Made by a program: the position numbers and the translations under genes. Below, piece after piece: positions 1-9,803 of a DNA stretch of 64,000 bases (its first letter is position 1; each line of letters starts with the position of its first letter). Source of the stretch: an uncultured bacterium (lineage in GTDB: Bacteria > Patescibacteriota > Minisyncoccia > Phycocordibacterales > UBA9973); contig CALCZP010000003.1 in assembly GCA_937903035.1 (NCBI GenBank), positions 1,156-65,155 of the forward strand. The letters are read 5' to 3'. The notes under the pieces were generated by a model. That model was given only the letters and a program-made list of their open reading frames with translations, made no database searches and had not been told where the DNA came from.

Positions 1-489
1 AAGTTCTGATGGCTTAACCACCGTCCAAGTCATTGAACCTAAAATACCTGTACCCGAAAGCGTTGTACCGTTGAATGTTGTGGCACGAGTACGCCGCGTA
101 TTACCAGCAACTGAAATATTGTCAGTTGACCAGTTTGCCGTAGATGGGAAATAGCTACCAGCAACGGCGGTACTAGCAGTTGCGATAGTATTGTCATAAT
201 CAACCCAAAAGTCAGCAGCAGTCGTTCCTCCTGAATTGATATACATTGTTGTCGTAAATGCTTCTCCGACATAGTAGTAATTGTAATTTGCAGCATTCCC
301 CGTTCCCCCATCTCCAGTATTATCACCTCCAGTAACAAGGCCAGTACGAAATTCGTACCAGTCTGCACCACTTGGAGCACCAGCAAGAAGTGTTGTGGTA
401 CCAAAAAGAATTACTCCAATAACAACAAACACACCTACAACCATTCGTAATGCTTTTATGGAAAAGAGTTGCCGTAAGTTGTGTAACAT
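1..489 (-). CDS. Partial CDS (3' end off window): secreted or membrane-anchored Gly/Thr/Asn-rich protein; N-terminus MLHNLRQLFSIKALRMVVGVFVVIGVILFG...
   Basis: I translated the minus strand by hand from an ATG at 489-487 with no stop down to position 1, using the same reading frame as the next gene. It is absent from the ORF track because no stop lies inside the window. Hydrophobic N-terminal anchor. Confidence 0.5.
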   Translation of the reverse strand, partial: MLHNLRQLFSIKALRMVVGVFVVIGVILFGTTTLLAGAPSGADWYEFRTGLVTGGDNTGDGGTGNAANYNYYYVGEAFTTTMYINSGGTTAADFWVDYDNTIATASTAVAGSYFPSTANWSTDNISVAGNTRRTRATTFNGTTLSGTGILGSMTWTVVKPSEL

Positions 490-490
490 G

Positions 491-1258
491 TTAATCACCG
501 GTTTCATTGAGATGTTGGACTACGATACTAATATCATTTGCATTCACGGTCGTGTCTTGGTTAATGTTGCCTCGGTATGCATTCCCCGTAGCATCATTCA
601 CATTGAGACTTCCGATAACAATTGAAATATCATTTGCATTAACAGTGTTATCACCAAACACTCCAGGTGTTGGCGAAGGATTCACATCTCCACCAATAAT
701 GCGTCCCGTTCCATACGTTGATGAGTTATTAGATTGGGTAAAGTTAAGAGTAGTCTCCCCTGAGGTGAATGCAATGTTCGAAAGTTTCTTTCGGAGATGT
801 TGGCTAGTCTTTACATATACATCGTAGTTTCCTGGTGTTATAGCAGACAAATCAATCGGTGTAAGATAGGTACCATCCTCGCTCGTTCGGAGCGTACTAC
901 TTGTATCTTGGGGTATACGAATTGAAGATCCACCACCAGTAGGTGTAAATGTTAAGTAAAATTCACTGTCGTAGTTAGGATTTGGAGGTGTTGCACGCGT
1001 ATCATACGGAATCAACCATTGAATAAGCGCAGTAAGTCCTGTATCACCACCCCAAAACATGCCATGGTCATAGATGTAGTTCGTACTACTTGATCGTCCT
1101 GCACCGGGCGCTCCAACTTCGGCGTTGAACTGATAGTTACTCGATGCACCATTGAGCACTGTACTTGCACCTGTTTCTTGCTTGGAGACCGTGTCAGCAA
1201 AGAGTGCCGTCGGCACTGAAAGCGCGAGCAAATACACAAGCAACGGCATACGTTTCAT
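491..1258 (-). CDS. Secreted protein with C-terminal tandem dockerin-like Ca-binding repeats
   Basis: Signal peptide MKRMPLLVYLLALSVPTALFA. Two repeats (DNTVNANDISIVIGSL / DTTVNANDISIVVQHL) resemble the dockerin segment VN-x-x-D-[IL]-x-[IL]-[LV]. Confidence 0.6.
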   Translation of the reverse strand: MKRMPLLVYLLALSVPTALFADTVSKQETGASTVLNGASSNYQFNAEVGAPGAGRSSSTNYIYDHGMFWGGDTGLTALIQWLIPYDTRATPPNPNYDSEFYLTFTPTGGGSSIRIPQDTSSTLRTSEDGTYLTPIDLSAITPGNYDVYVKTSQHLRKKLSNIAFTSGETTLNFTQSNNSSTYGTGRIIGGDVNPSPTPGVFGDNTVNANDISIVIGSLNVNDATGNAYRGNINQDTTVNANDISIVVQHLNETGD

Positions 1259-1294
1259 TGTGCAAAGTATATCACGAGAAGTTCAAACAATGCG

Positions 1295-1687
1295 TTACTT
1301 TGTCGAAGCGTACTGTGCAATCGCAGTCGCAACCTTACCTTCATCCGTCAATGACTCATAGAAAACGATATCATCCTTGCGAATCCTCATTTCATCAGTC
1401 GGTGCATGGATTTCATTGCCAAGTTTTACAAGATCGAGGTTGCCACCCTGTGTTGAGAGCTGGTCAATCCCTGTTGTTGATGACGTCCCAGGGCGAAGGT
1501 AGTAAATATCCTTGAGTTTCGCATATCCACCAATCCCCCACGTCAGCTTGCCAAAATACACCTGGCCATTCGATAGAAATACTGCTTTGTATCCATTGTA
1601 CGGATAGAGTCTTCCCGGAAGACCGAGAGTAATAAACAATAGTACGACGATACCGACACCTGCGAGAATTTTATGCGTGAATTTCAT
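1295..1687 (-). CDS. Hypothetical membrane-anchored protein (130 aa)
   Basis: ORF with an N-terminal TM helix (ILAGVGIVVLLFITLGL). No recognisable family. Confidence 0.45.
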   Translation of the reverse strand: MKFTHKILAGVGIVVLLFITLGLPGRLYPYNGYKAVFLSNGQVYFGKLTWGIGGYAKLKDIYYLRPGTSSTTGIDQLSTQGGNLDLVKLGNEIHAPTDEMRIRKDDIVFYESLTDEGKVATAIAQYASTK

Positions 1688-1705
1688 ACAAGCTAGTGTA
1701 CCACA

Positions 1706-3499
1706 CTAGCGAATCTCAAAAGATGCATTTTTTTGGACGTTTTCAACAAGTGTTGCAAATGTTTTCTCTACTTCCTCATTCGTGAGTGTCTTGTCCATTG
1801 ATTGAAACACGAGTCGATATGCCACACTCGTGCGTCCGTCTTTGATAAAGGTATCAAGCAGTGTTGGTGGTCTAACACAGTGCTCTGCTGCAAATATACC
1901 AAGCACTTGCTCAAGGTTTTTTTGGTCATCAGAAGCTTTAAGCCATACCGCAATGTCACGTGTGATAAATGGATAGAGTGACCACGGCTTGAATGTGCCA
2001 GCAACTGCAAAGCTGTTCGCAACCGGAGCATGCACCTCAATACTGTGATCAGCGACAAACTGCTCAAGTGATATCTCCTGAATAACACCCCCATCAACAG
2101 TTGCAACATGGAGTATTTCTTGTGGTTCGGCGATGTCTTTTTTCACTGAAAAAACAGTACCGATCTCAAAAAGTTTGATACTCTGTACACCAAGAAGTGC
2201 TGCGTTTGTTTTGTTGAGATCGTAGCTTTCTTTGAGTCCATCAGAGAGATTGGTGCGCAGCGCTGACTTACCTTTCGGACCACGAGCAACTTCGATATCC
2301 CCTTTTGGACGAAACGCATAGGTGAGGACTTCAGAAAATCCCTGTGCAGTGAGATATGCTTTGACTGCACGAATAGCAGCAAATGTTGGATGTGATTCAA
2401 CTGCTGGGGTAAATGGTAATGTCTTTGCCTCAATCGTATCGTAGCCAGTCACACGACCAATCTCCTCTGCGATGTCATGCGCACCAGTGATATCTTGGCG
2501 GTAGTATGGGATGGTAAGTGTAAAATTCTCACCATCTTGGATGTACTCGTAGTTGTATGCGTCAAATACTTTGGCAATATGCGATGCACCGATCGCTAAA
2601 CCGAGGCGTGAAGTGATATCGTTTGTAGTAAATGACAGTGTGCGAGAAGTTTCTGGTGCTGGATAGATATCTTTCACACCAACAACTTCACCTCCAGCAA
2701 TATCCTTGATGAGCGCAACAAGCTGTCCTGCTGCGGGAGCTACAACTTCTGGTGAGAGATTATTTTCAAATCGCTTTGCAGCATCGGTCACAAGATTCAA
2801 TCCTCGCGCGGTCTTGCGTGTTGATGCAGGATCAAAGTTTGCAATTTCAAGAACAATACTCGTCGTATCCTTGGACACTTCTGCGCTCTTGCCACCCTTC
2901 ACACCTGCTATCGCAAGTGCACCGAGATAATCCCCAATGACAATGTTGTCTGACTTGAGCATTTTTTCTTCATCAGAGAGTGTGATGATTTTTTCACTAT
3001 CTTTTGCGGAGCGAACAATAATACCACCGTCAATCTTTGCTCGATCAAATGCGTGCGTAGGCTGCCCGCTATCAAGGAGGACAAAGTTTGTCGCATCGAC
3101 GACATTGTTAATACTGCGCTGTCCTACTGACTCGAGCCTCTCTTTGAGCCATGCCGGTGACGGACCAACTTTTACCCCGTCAATCTGAATGGCAATATAG
3201 CGACGACATACCTCAGTCTTAAGTTCAACTGGAAGTGCGAGCTCTATCGTTGGAAGTTCGTATGATGTTTTTTTGAGTGTGAGATTGAGTAGTCCTGTGA
3301 TCTCGCGCGCAACGCCTATGTGTGAGAGACAGTCTCCTGCACGATCAGGCAATACCTTGATATCCATGACAGTATCGTCGCCATGTGTTTCAACGTCCTC
3401 CACTTCAAATGCATGAAAAATAATTTGCTGCACAAGCTCCTCCAATACAGGAAGCTTTTCTTCGATATGTGTTTGGAGCCAGTTATAGGAAATTTTCAT
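1706..3499 (-). CDS. pheT: Phenylalanine--tRNA ligase beta subunit
   Basis: 597 aa with PheT-like B3/B4, B5 and catalytic-like regions. Lies immediately downstream of pheS on the same strand. Confidence 0.9.
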   Translation of the reverse strand: MKISYNWLQTHIEEKLPVLEELVQQIIFHAFEVEDVETHGDDTVMDIKVLPDRAGDCLSHIGVAREITGLLNLTLKKTSYELPTIELALPVELKTEVCRRYIAIQIDGVKVGPSPAWLKERLESVGQRSINNVVDATNFVLLDSGQPTHAFDRAKIDGGIIVRSAKDSEKIITLSDEEKMLKSDNIVIGDYLGALAIAGVKGGKSAEVSKDTTSIVLEIANFDPASTRKTARGLNLVTDAAKRFENNLSPEVVAPAAGQLVALIKDIAGGEVVGVKDIYPAPETSRTLSFTTNDITSRLGLAIGASHIAKVFDAYNYEYIQDGENFTLTIPYYRQDITGAHDIAEEIGRVTGYDTIEAKTLPFTPAVESHPTFAAIRAVKAYLTAQGFSEVLTYAFRPKGDIEVARGPKGKSALRTNLSDGLKESYDLNKTNAALLGVQSIKLFEIGTVFSVKKDIAEPQEILHVATVDGGVIQEISLEQFVADHSIEVHAPVANSFAVAGTFKPWSLYPFITRDIAVWLKASDDQKNLEQVLGIFAAEHCVRPPTLLDTFIKDGRTSVAYRLVFQSMDKTLTNEEVEKTFATLVENVQKNASFEIR

Positions 3500-3514
3500 C
3501 TATATACCTCTTTA

Positions 3515-4210
3515 TTAAAATTGATTGAACCGGAGATCACCTTGATATGCAAGACGTACATCACTCATACCAAATCTGATCATCATGAGACGATCAAGTC
3601 CCATACCAAATGCAAAGCCGGTGAGCTTCGCATCGTAGCCGACTGATGCAAAGACATTCGGATGCACCATACCTGCACCGCAGACTTCCAGCCATTTTTC
3701 TACGCCATCTTTGACGACTTTTACATCGACTTCAAATCCAGGCTCAACGAATGGAAAGAAGCTTGGACGAAGTCTGATCTCGGTCTCTGCACCAAAAAGC
3801 TCCTTAAAGGATCCAAGCAGTGTTCCCTTGAGATGCTCAACGGTGATTCCCTGGCCGACTACCAACCCTTCGATCTGATGAAATTGCATTTCGTGCGTGG
3901 CATCTGTTGCTTCGTTGCGAAACACTTTGCCGGGAGCAATGATTGCAAACGGCGCTTTGTGCGTTTCCATATAGCGGATCTGCACCGGACTCGTATGTGT
4001 GCGCATCACCTTGCCAGGCATACCCTTGATCCAAAAGGTGTCTTGCATATCGCGTGCCGGATGATCCTTGGGTACGTTGAGTGCATCAAAGTTATGCCAT
4101 TCATCCTCAAGCTCAGGCCCCATTGCGACACTGAACCCTTGCGCAGCAAAAATACGGACGATTTCGTCAGTGACAAGAGTTAACGGGTGTAGTGAGCCAG
4201 TATGTTCCAT
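3515..4210 (-). CDS. pheS: Phenylalanine--tRNA ligase alpha subunit (short form, 231 aa, lacks the N-terminal coiled-coil extension)
   Basis: Class II aaRS core motifs (FRNEATDATHEMQFHQIEGL..., GFAFGMGLDRLMM). Start overlaps the stop of the upstream gene by 1 nt. Confidence 0.9.
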   Translation of the reverse strand: MEHTGSLHPLTLVTDEIVRIFAAQGFSVAMGPELEDEWHNFDALNVPKDHPARDMQDTFWIKGMPGKVMRTHTSPVQIRYMETHKAPFAIIAPGKVFRNEATDATHEMQFHQIEGLVVGQGITVEHLKGTLLGSFKELFGAETEIRLRPSFFPFVEPGFEVDVKVVKDGVEKWLEVCGAGMVHPNVFASVGYDAKLTGFAFGMGLDRLMMIRFGMSDVRLAYQGDLRFNQF

Positions 4211-5166
4211 TATTTTTTGAATACGTTCTGTATCTTATACAAGAAACGCTTGATGAGCGAGCTACTCTTTGGATTTGGTGGACAGCCGTGCGGACAGTGC
4301 GTAAAGCCTTTGGCAGCAATTTGCTTTTGTTCACAATCACCACAGACAATGAACTGCCCATTGCAGCCACGATCACGACAGTCAACAATGCGCTCACTCG
4401 GTGCATCACATCCTGCACATCGTCCCACAATCACATGCTTTGGATCATCGGTATAGAAGCCCATCATGACGCGCCCATCAAAGACATAGAGCTTGCCCTC
4501 GAAGTCTTCGTTCGGATATTTCTCCATATAGGAGACGATACCACCATCAAGTTGATAGACGTCAGTGAAGCCTTGTGTGATGAGGTAGCCACTCGCCTTT
4601 TCACAACGCACCCCTCCAGTACAGACCGTGAGTACAGTTTTGTTTTTGAGATGCTTCAAGCCTTTGGTGATCTTGGGGAGATCGCGAAAGTTATTCATCG
4701 GCGGACAGATGGAGCCTGCAAACTTACCCACTGCATGTTCGTACGCATTTCGCATGTCAACAATATAGAACTCTTTTTTGTCAGCAATCCATTGGTGCAA
4801 ATCCTCTGGTGACAAATGAATCCCTGTAACTTCATTAGGATTCACATCACACACACCGAGATGTGCGGACACAATCTCATCACGCACCTTCACAGAGAGA
4901 CGAGGAAATGCGTCGCCAGTACCCTCACTTTTCTTGTAGTGAATATTGAGGAATCGCTCATCCTTTTCGAGTTCCTTGATGAACGTCTCAGTATTTTCAA
5001 CTGTTCCCTCAAGCGTAAAGTTGAGTCCTTCGGTACCTACGATGAGGCGTCCTTTGAGCTCAAGCTTTTGACAGAGCGCAAAAATATGGTCACGCACCAC
5101 CTGCGGATCACTTATGTGGACATATTTATAAAAGAGAAGGATTTGATACTTCATGACAGAGGTCAC
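4210..5166 (-). CDS. trhO: Rhodanese-domain UPF0176 protein (tRNA U34 hydroxylase TrhO/YceA-like) with Cys-rich C-terminal extension
   Basis: Rhodanese active-site region (TVCTGGVRCEKAS) and UPF0176 N-terminal domain. C-terminal CxxC...CxxC zinc-ribbon-like tail. Confidence 0.7.
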   Translation of the reverse strand: MTSVMKYQILLFYKYVHISDPQVVRDHIFALCQKLELKGRLIVGTEGLNFTLEGTVENTETFIKELEKDERFLNIHYKKSEGTGDAFPRLSVKVRDEIVSAHLGVCDVNPNEVTGIHLSPEDLHQWIADKKEFYIVDMRNAYEHAVGKFAGSICPPMNNFRDLPKITKGLKHLKNKTVLTVCTGGVRCEKASGYLITQGFTDVYQLDGGIVSYMEKYPNEDFEGKLYVFDGRVMMGFYTDDPKHVIVGRCAGCDAPSERIVDCRDRGCNGQFIVCGDCEQKQIAAKGFTHCPHGCPPNPKSSSLIKRFLYKIQNVFKK

Positions 5167-5197
5167 TATAGCGCCAACTGGCTAAAAAATGAAGGGG

Positions 5198-5686
5198 CTA
5201 ACTTTTTAATTCCCTCCGGTGTCTTTGATGAATTTGTACAACATCTCGAAGTGTTGCAACTAGTCGTCCCGCCGCAAATCCTGCAAACATCGCATAGCTC
5301 GTCCCCGATATAACAATCACATCATGAAACTCCGTATCAATGAAATGTTTGGTGACAAACCGAATACAAAGATATATACCCAGAAGCACTACCGCAGCAA
5401 GATCAACACGGCCAAGGGCCACAATTGCCTTTTCTTCATCCCATGATACTTGGGAAAAGAGTTTTGAAAGCACAAGAAGGCCAAGCAGAAATCCGCTACA
5501 CGCAAAGCCAAGCGGTACACCCCACCCGAGTCCACGAAAGAGGATATCAAAGATCGTGAGTGCTCCATAAACAAGTGTTACTAATACGAGAAAATATAGT
5601 CTAAGCCTCAGTTTGAGATGAAGCTTTCCTTTGCGATGAAGATTGCGCACTGTTTCAATATCGATATCAACCTCTGCATTTTCCAT
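5198..5686 (-). CDS. Hypothetical integral membrane protein (4 predicted TM)
   Basis: Hydrophobic segments; no family recognised. Confidence 0.4.
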   Translation of the reverse strand: MENAEVDIDIETVRNLHRKGKLHLKLRLRLYFLVLVTLVYGALTIFDILFRGLGWGVPLGFACSGFLLGLLVLSKLFSQVSWDEEKAIVALGRVDLAAVVLLGIYLCIRFVTKHFIDTEFHDVIVISGTSYAMFAGFAAGRLVATLRDVVQIHQRHRRELKS

Positions 5687-5713
5687 GGGCGAACTATACC
5701 GTCTTTGTCACGA

Positions 5714-7456
5714 CTACGCACGCTCACCTACCTGCTGACGCCACATCGCAAAGTAAAGCCCCTTTTGCGCTAGCAACTCCTCATGTGTTCCTGACTCGCT
5801 CATTGTACCCTTCTCAAGTACATAGATACGATCAGCATGCATGATCGTTGAGAGTCGATGCGCAATGAGTATTGTGATGCGCTCATTTGTTGCAGAGACT
5901 TCTTTGATTGTTTTACTGATTTCTTCTTCGGTCAGACTATCAAGCGCACTTGTCGCTTCATCAAATACGAGAATATTTGGATTGCGAAGGAGTGCTCGGG
6001 CGATTGAGATACGCTGTTTTTCACCACCTGAAACTTTAACCCCACCTTCTCCGATGACAGTATCTAGCTCTTGACCACCACGCTCAAGCAAATTTTGACA
6101 TTGTGCTTTTTGAAGTGCATCGAGACATTCCTCATCAGTTGCAGCAGGGTTCACAAATAACAAATTTTCACGAATCGTTCCAGAAAATAGCTGCGTATCC
6201 TGAGTCACAAACCCTATTTGTTTGCGAAGCTCATCCTTGTTTATATCATCGTACGGAATGTTGTTGTACAAGATGGTACCTTCTGTTGGCTCATAGAGAC
6301 CAACCAACAATTTCACCAAAGACGTCTTGCCAGACCCTGATGGACCAACAAATGCAATCGTTTCTCCCTGCTTAACGTTATAACTAATAGTAGTAAGTGC
6401 TTGTGTTTGTGCAGATGTATATCCAAACGACACCTCCTTGAATGCAAGCTCTGTCACCTCTCCTACGTGCTTTGGATTAGTCGCACGAGGCTCAGGTTTG
6501 GTATCCATAAGCGTCTGATAGTTTGCAAGTGATGCTTCTGCCTGACGATACGTCGCAATATAGCCCGCGATTTGGGTAAGTGGGAAAAACAAGTAGAACG
6601 AATAGATATTGAGAGAGAAATACTGCCCAAGGGTAATCGTGCGCGTAAAGATCATATAGAACAGGAAGAGGTAGATTGCTGCTCGAATAAAGTTTGTGAC
6701 TGTACCCTGAATAAAGTCTAATGTCCGCACATATTTAAGCTTCTTGAGTTCGAGTTTCAATATCTTTTCAGTTGTGGTATTGAGTCTAGCAACTTCTTGA
6801 CCTGTGAGCCCGAGAGATTTCACGAGCTCAATATTACGAAGTGACTCGGTCGTTGATCCAGCGAGCGCGGTCGTCTCTGCAACAATCAACATCTGCACTG
6901 TTTTGATTTTTTTTGAAAAGACGAGCGTGATCGTGCCAATAATGATCACCATCGCTCCATAGATTACAGGGATTGCCCAGTACACGGTTGCCGCATACAC
7001 CATTACGAAGACAAGAATAATCCCCGAGAGAAAGAGCACATTAATCGTATCTTGAATCAGTTTTTCAGTGTCTTGTCGAGCTTTCTGGAGCTTACCGAGT
7101 GTTTCCCCACTTCGCTCGTCTTCAAACAATGCATACGGGAGACCAAGTGAATGCTCAACACCAGCACTGTACATATCTGCCCCACTTCGCTGACTGACGC
7201 GATTGAGATAGTAGTCTTGGAAATTTTTTGCAACACGAGAAACAAATGCAGTTCCTATGAATACCAACAAAAGGCCGATTGTTCCTTGCAGAAATGCTGA
7301 GCGTGTGAGCACGTCATATCTGAGCGCATAGGTATCAATGATGCGCTGATAGATGAGTGGCTCGACGAGTGAGAACACTTGGTTGATGATGGCAAGTACC
7401 ACCACAAGAGTGCACATCTTCCAATATTTACGGAGATATTGTTGGAGAATTTGCAT
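5714..7456 (-). CDS. ABC transporter, fused permease/ATP-binding protein (MsbA/exporter type)
   Basis: Six-TM N-terminal domain. Walker A GPSGSGKTS, ABC signature VSGGEKQRISIARA, Walker B ILVFDEATSALD. Confidence 0.85.
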   Translation of the reverse strand: MQILQQYLRKYWKMCTLVVVLAIINQVFSLVEPLIYQRIIDTYALRYDVLTRSAFLQGTIGLLLVFIGTAFVSRVAKNFQDYYLNRVSQRSGADMYSAGVEHSLGLPYALFEDERSGETLGKLQKARQDTEKLIQDTINVLFLSGIILVFVMVYAATVYWAIPVIYGAMVIIIGTITLVFSKKIKTVQMLIVAETTALAGSTTESLRNIELVKSLGLTGQEVARLNTTTEKILKLELKKLKYVRTLDFIQGTVTNFIRAAIYLFLFYMIFTRTITLGQYFSLNIYSFYLFFPLTQIAGYIATYRQAEASLANYQTLMDTKPEPRATNPKHVGEVTELAFKEVSFGYTSAQTQALTTISYNVKQGETIAFVGPSGSGKTSLVKLLVGLYEPTEGTILYNNIPYDDINKDELRKQIGFVTQDTQLFSGTIRENLLFVNPAATDEECLDALQKAQCQNLLERGGQELDTVIGEGGVKVSGGEKQRISIARALLRNPNILVFDEATSALDSLTEEEISKTIKEVSATNERITILIAHRLSTIMHADRIYVLEKGTMSESGTHEELLAQKGLYFAMWRQQVGERA

Positions 7457-7459
7457 AGA

Positions 7460-7954
7460 CTACTGTGCAGGCATGTCCATACCACCCCAAAGATTCGCGG
7501 TCCCAAGTGCGGTATTGCCAGATGACTTGATATAGAGGAAGAGCTGCATCTTGTACGCCGCGAGCCATTTGAGAAGATTTTCAACAAGGTATCGTCCTTT
7601 TGACATTTCCCCCATCCCATAGATATTGATCACCTTGGCAAGCTCTTCATCAGTAAAGAGCTCCATAGTCGCCTTGAAATCTGCGAGCTGCTTGTCCATC
7701 ATGTCAGCAAAGTTTGAAAGTGTGGTTGGCTCAGTTGGTTGAGGCAGTGTCTTGTACGCGTCAGTCGTCCCCGCAAGAATAACCTTAGTTGCATTTACAA
7801 AGACTTCTGAGAGGTACTGCAATAGCTCGCTTGTCGTCCGCTGCCCGTCAGTAGGCTTGTAGCCCTCGGTGTCAGCGGGGATTTTGGTCGCCAAGTGCTT
7901 GATAATACGGAATTCGTTGCTGACTGAGTCAATAAGGTCTTGTTTGGTGTACAT
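7460..7954 (-). CDS. Hypothetical protein (164 aa), possibly a DinB-like helical bundle
   Basis: ORF co-directional with the ABC exporter. Weak resemblance only. Confidence 0.35.
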   Translation of the reverse strand: MYTKQDLIDSVSNEFRIIKHLATKIPADTEGYKPTDGQRTTSELLQYLSEVFVNATKVILAGTTDAYKTLPQPTEPTTLSNFADMMDKQLADFKATMELFTDEELAKVINIYGMGEMSKGRYLVENLLKWLAAYKMQLFLYIKSSGNTALGTANLWGGMDMPAQ

Positions 7955-8046
7955 ATATATGATGATTGGCTGCTAGTGCCGCAAGTATAGCTGATATGCT
8001 ACGATGACACCAAACATATTCTTTTCACCTCAAAAACATAAAAACT

Positions 8047-9111
8047 ATGGCAAAAGCATTGGTTAAGTTTAGTATCAAAGATGACTTCTTTGACGAACTT
8101 CGTTTAGAAGTGAAAAATTATTTCACTTCTAATAAAATCGCAATAACCGGAGATTATCGTTTACATCTAAAAACAGCGATATTACTAACGCTTGCAATTG
8201 CAACGTATACTCATTTGGTATTCTACACGCCACCACTATGGCCAGCATTGATTGAATGTATTTTTCTCGGCACCTTATTTGTATCAATCGGATTCAATGT
8301 GATGCATGATGCATCACATGGAAGTTATTCCTCCAAACCCTGGGTGAATGAACTTATGGTACTTACTGCTGAGATGATGGGTGCTAGTTCTTTTTTGTGG
8401 ATTAAAAAGCATGATGGTATTCATCATATTCTTACTAACACTGAACATGACGACGATCTTCAAGCGGGTAAGGTTATGCGAATGCATCCTAGTCAAAAAC
8501 GATTATGGATCCATCGATATCAACATATATATGCATGGTTTGCGTATATGTTGTTGTATCTCAATTGGATTTGGATCAATGATTTCAACAAATATATCTT
8601 TCGTAAAATACATACGACTGAAATAAAAGAAGTTAAAAGATCAGACCATATCAAATTTTTGTCAGGCAAAGTATTCCATGGAGTATTTATGATTTGGATT
8701 CCGTGGCATCGTCTTGGTTTCACTTCATGGCTCATTGGATATCTTTCCTTTGCATTTGCTCTCGGACTTATCATGAGTGTTGTGTTCCAACTTGCTCACG
8801 TAGTAGAAAAAAGTACTTTCCCTACTTCAGAAAATGGAAGAATTATCTCTCCTACATGGGCAAGAATACAAATTCTGGAAACATGCGATTTTAGTACGAA
8901 GAATAAAGTTCTAACTTGGCTCCTTGGAGGATTAAACTTTCAAGTAATTCATCATTTATTCAGAGATATTAGCCATGTTCATTATCCTGCAATACAGCCT
9001 ATAGTGAAAAGAAAGTGTGAGAAGTATCAAATACCTTACACTGAACTACCTATTCTCTTTGCGATAAAATCACATTTCCGAGTAATTAAAACACTCGGAC
9101 AAGAAGCCTGA
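8047..9111 (+). CDS. Membrane fatty-acid desaturase (front-end/sphingolipid-type His-box desaturase)
   Basis: Three histidine boxes (HDASHG; HDGIHHILTNTEHDDD; QVIHHLF) and four TM segments. The gene is very AT-rich. Confidence 0.8.
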   Translation: MAKALVKFSIKDDFFDELRLEVKNYFTSNKIAITGDYRLHLKTAILLTLAIATYTHLVFYTPPLWPALIECIFLGTLFVSIGFNVMHDASHGSYSSKPWVNELMVLTAEMMGASSFLWIKKHDGIHHILTNTEHDDDLQAGKVMRMHPSQKRLWIHRYQHIYAWFAYMLLYLNWIWINDFNKYIFRKIHTTEIKEVKRSDHIKFLSGKVFHGVFMIWIPWHRLGFTSWLIGYLSFAFALGLIMSVVFQLAHVVEKSTFPTSENGRIISPTWARIQILETCDFSTKNKVLTWLLGGLNFQVIHHLFRDISHVHYPAIQPIVKRKCEKYQIPYTELPILFAIKSHFRVIKTLGQEA

Positions 9112-9128
9112 AAAGGCTTCTTTTTTTA
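9103..9128 (+). terminator. Rho-independent terminator of the desaturase gene
   Basis: Hairpin gaagcc-tgaaaa-ggcttc followed by T7. Confidence 0.6.
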
Positions 9129-9164
9129 TATAAAACTGTAAGTACATCAAAATAATTTAGAGAG

Positions 9165-9695
9165 TTATTCTTTATTCTCCGCCCACTCATTAGCCAGTCG
9201 TGCAGTCTCTTGAAGAAACGTAAATTTCCCTGGACGGTATGATAAATAATCATCAGGATGCTCGATCTTCAATTTTTCTTTCAAAGCACTATATTGCCCT
9301 GCCCGTTCTGAATGAGTTCGAAGATAATCTCTCACATTGATGAACTGTTTAATCCGTGGAGCACCTGTTTCAAATACATGAATATTCTCAATCTTTTCAG
9401 TACCCACTATTTTCTCAAATAACACTGAGCGCTCATCTAAAACATTTTCTCTTAAAATATATCCGGTAGAAATCATCTCTTCTTTTACTCTCTCAAGACT
9501 CGTAATATTCTCAACTATTACCAAGACATCAATAAGAGGTTTTGCTTTCATACCCACAACTGAAGTACTCCCTACATGCTCAATAGACAACGCCATTGTT
9601 CCAAAAACTTCTTCAAGTACTTTTTTAATAGTATTAAATTTTGTAACCCAGTCGGGATTATAAGGCTCGATGGAGTAAGTTCTTTCAGAATTCAT
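9165..9695 (-). CDS. GrpB-family protein (UPF0157, nucleotidyltransferase-like)
   Basis: Motif EHVGSTSVVGMKAKPLIDVLVIVENI. The track ORF extends to 9788 across tRNA-His, so the start was trimmed to the internal ATG (MNSERTYSIEPYNPDWV). Confidence 0.65.
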   Translation of the reverse strand: MNSERTYSIEPYNPDWVTKFNTIKKVLEEVFGTMALSIEHVGSTSVVGMKAKPLIDVLVIVENITSLERVKEEMISTGYILRENVLDERSVLFEKIVGTEKIENIHVFETGAPRIKQFINVRDYLRTHSERAGQYSALKEKLKIEHPDDYLSYRPGKFTFLQETARLANEWAENKE

Positions 9696-9731
9696 ATTTT
9701 TACTATAACGAATCTTTATTCGTCTTGCTTG

Positions 9732-9803
9732 GGTGCCCAGAGGGAATTGAACCCTCGATGTCGGAACCACAACCCGAAGTTTTACCACTAAACTATGGGC
9801 ACC
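9732..9803 (-). tRNA. tRNA-His (anticodon GTG) with G-1
   Basis: Hand-folded cloverleaf: G-1 pairs with C73, acceptor GTGCCCA/TGGGCAC, anticodon loop TTGTGGT, T-arm GAGGG-TTCAATT-CCCTC. Confidence 0.85.

Noticed and set aside
39-404. Track ORF (121 aa, minus strand) near the window edge
   Set aside because: Its frame differs from the convincing edge-truncated ORF that I translated by hand (1-489, minus). Its sequence is low-complexity Leu/Val/Gln-rich, typical of an out-of-frame read of a Thr/Gly-rich gene.
3662-4812. Plus-strand ORFs 3662-4183 (173 aa) and 4192-4812 (206 aa)
   Set aside because: They lie entirely antisense within pheS and trhO, which have strong family motifs. There is no independent support.
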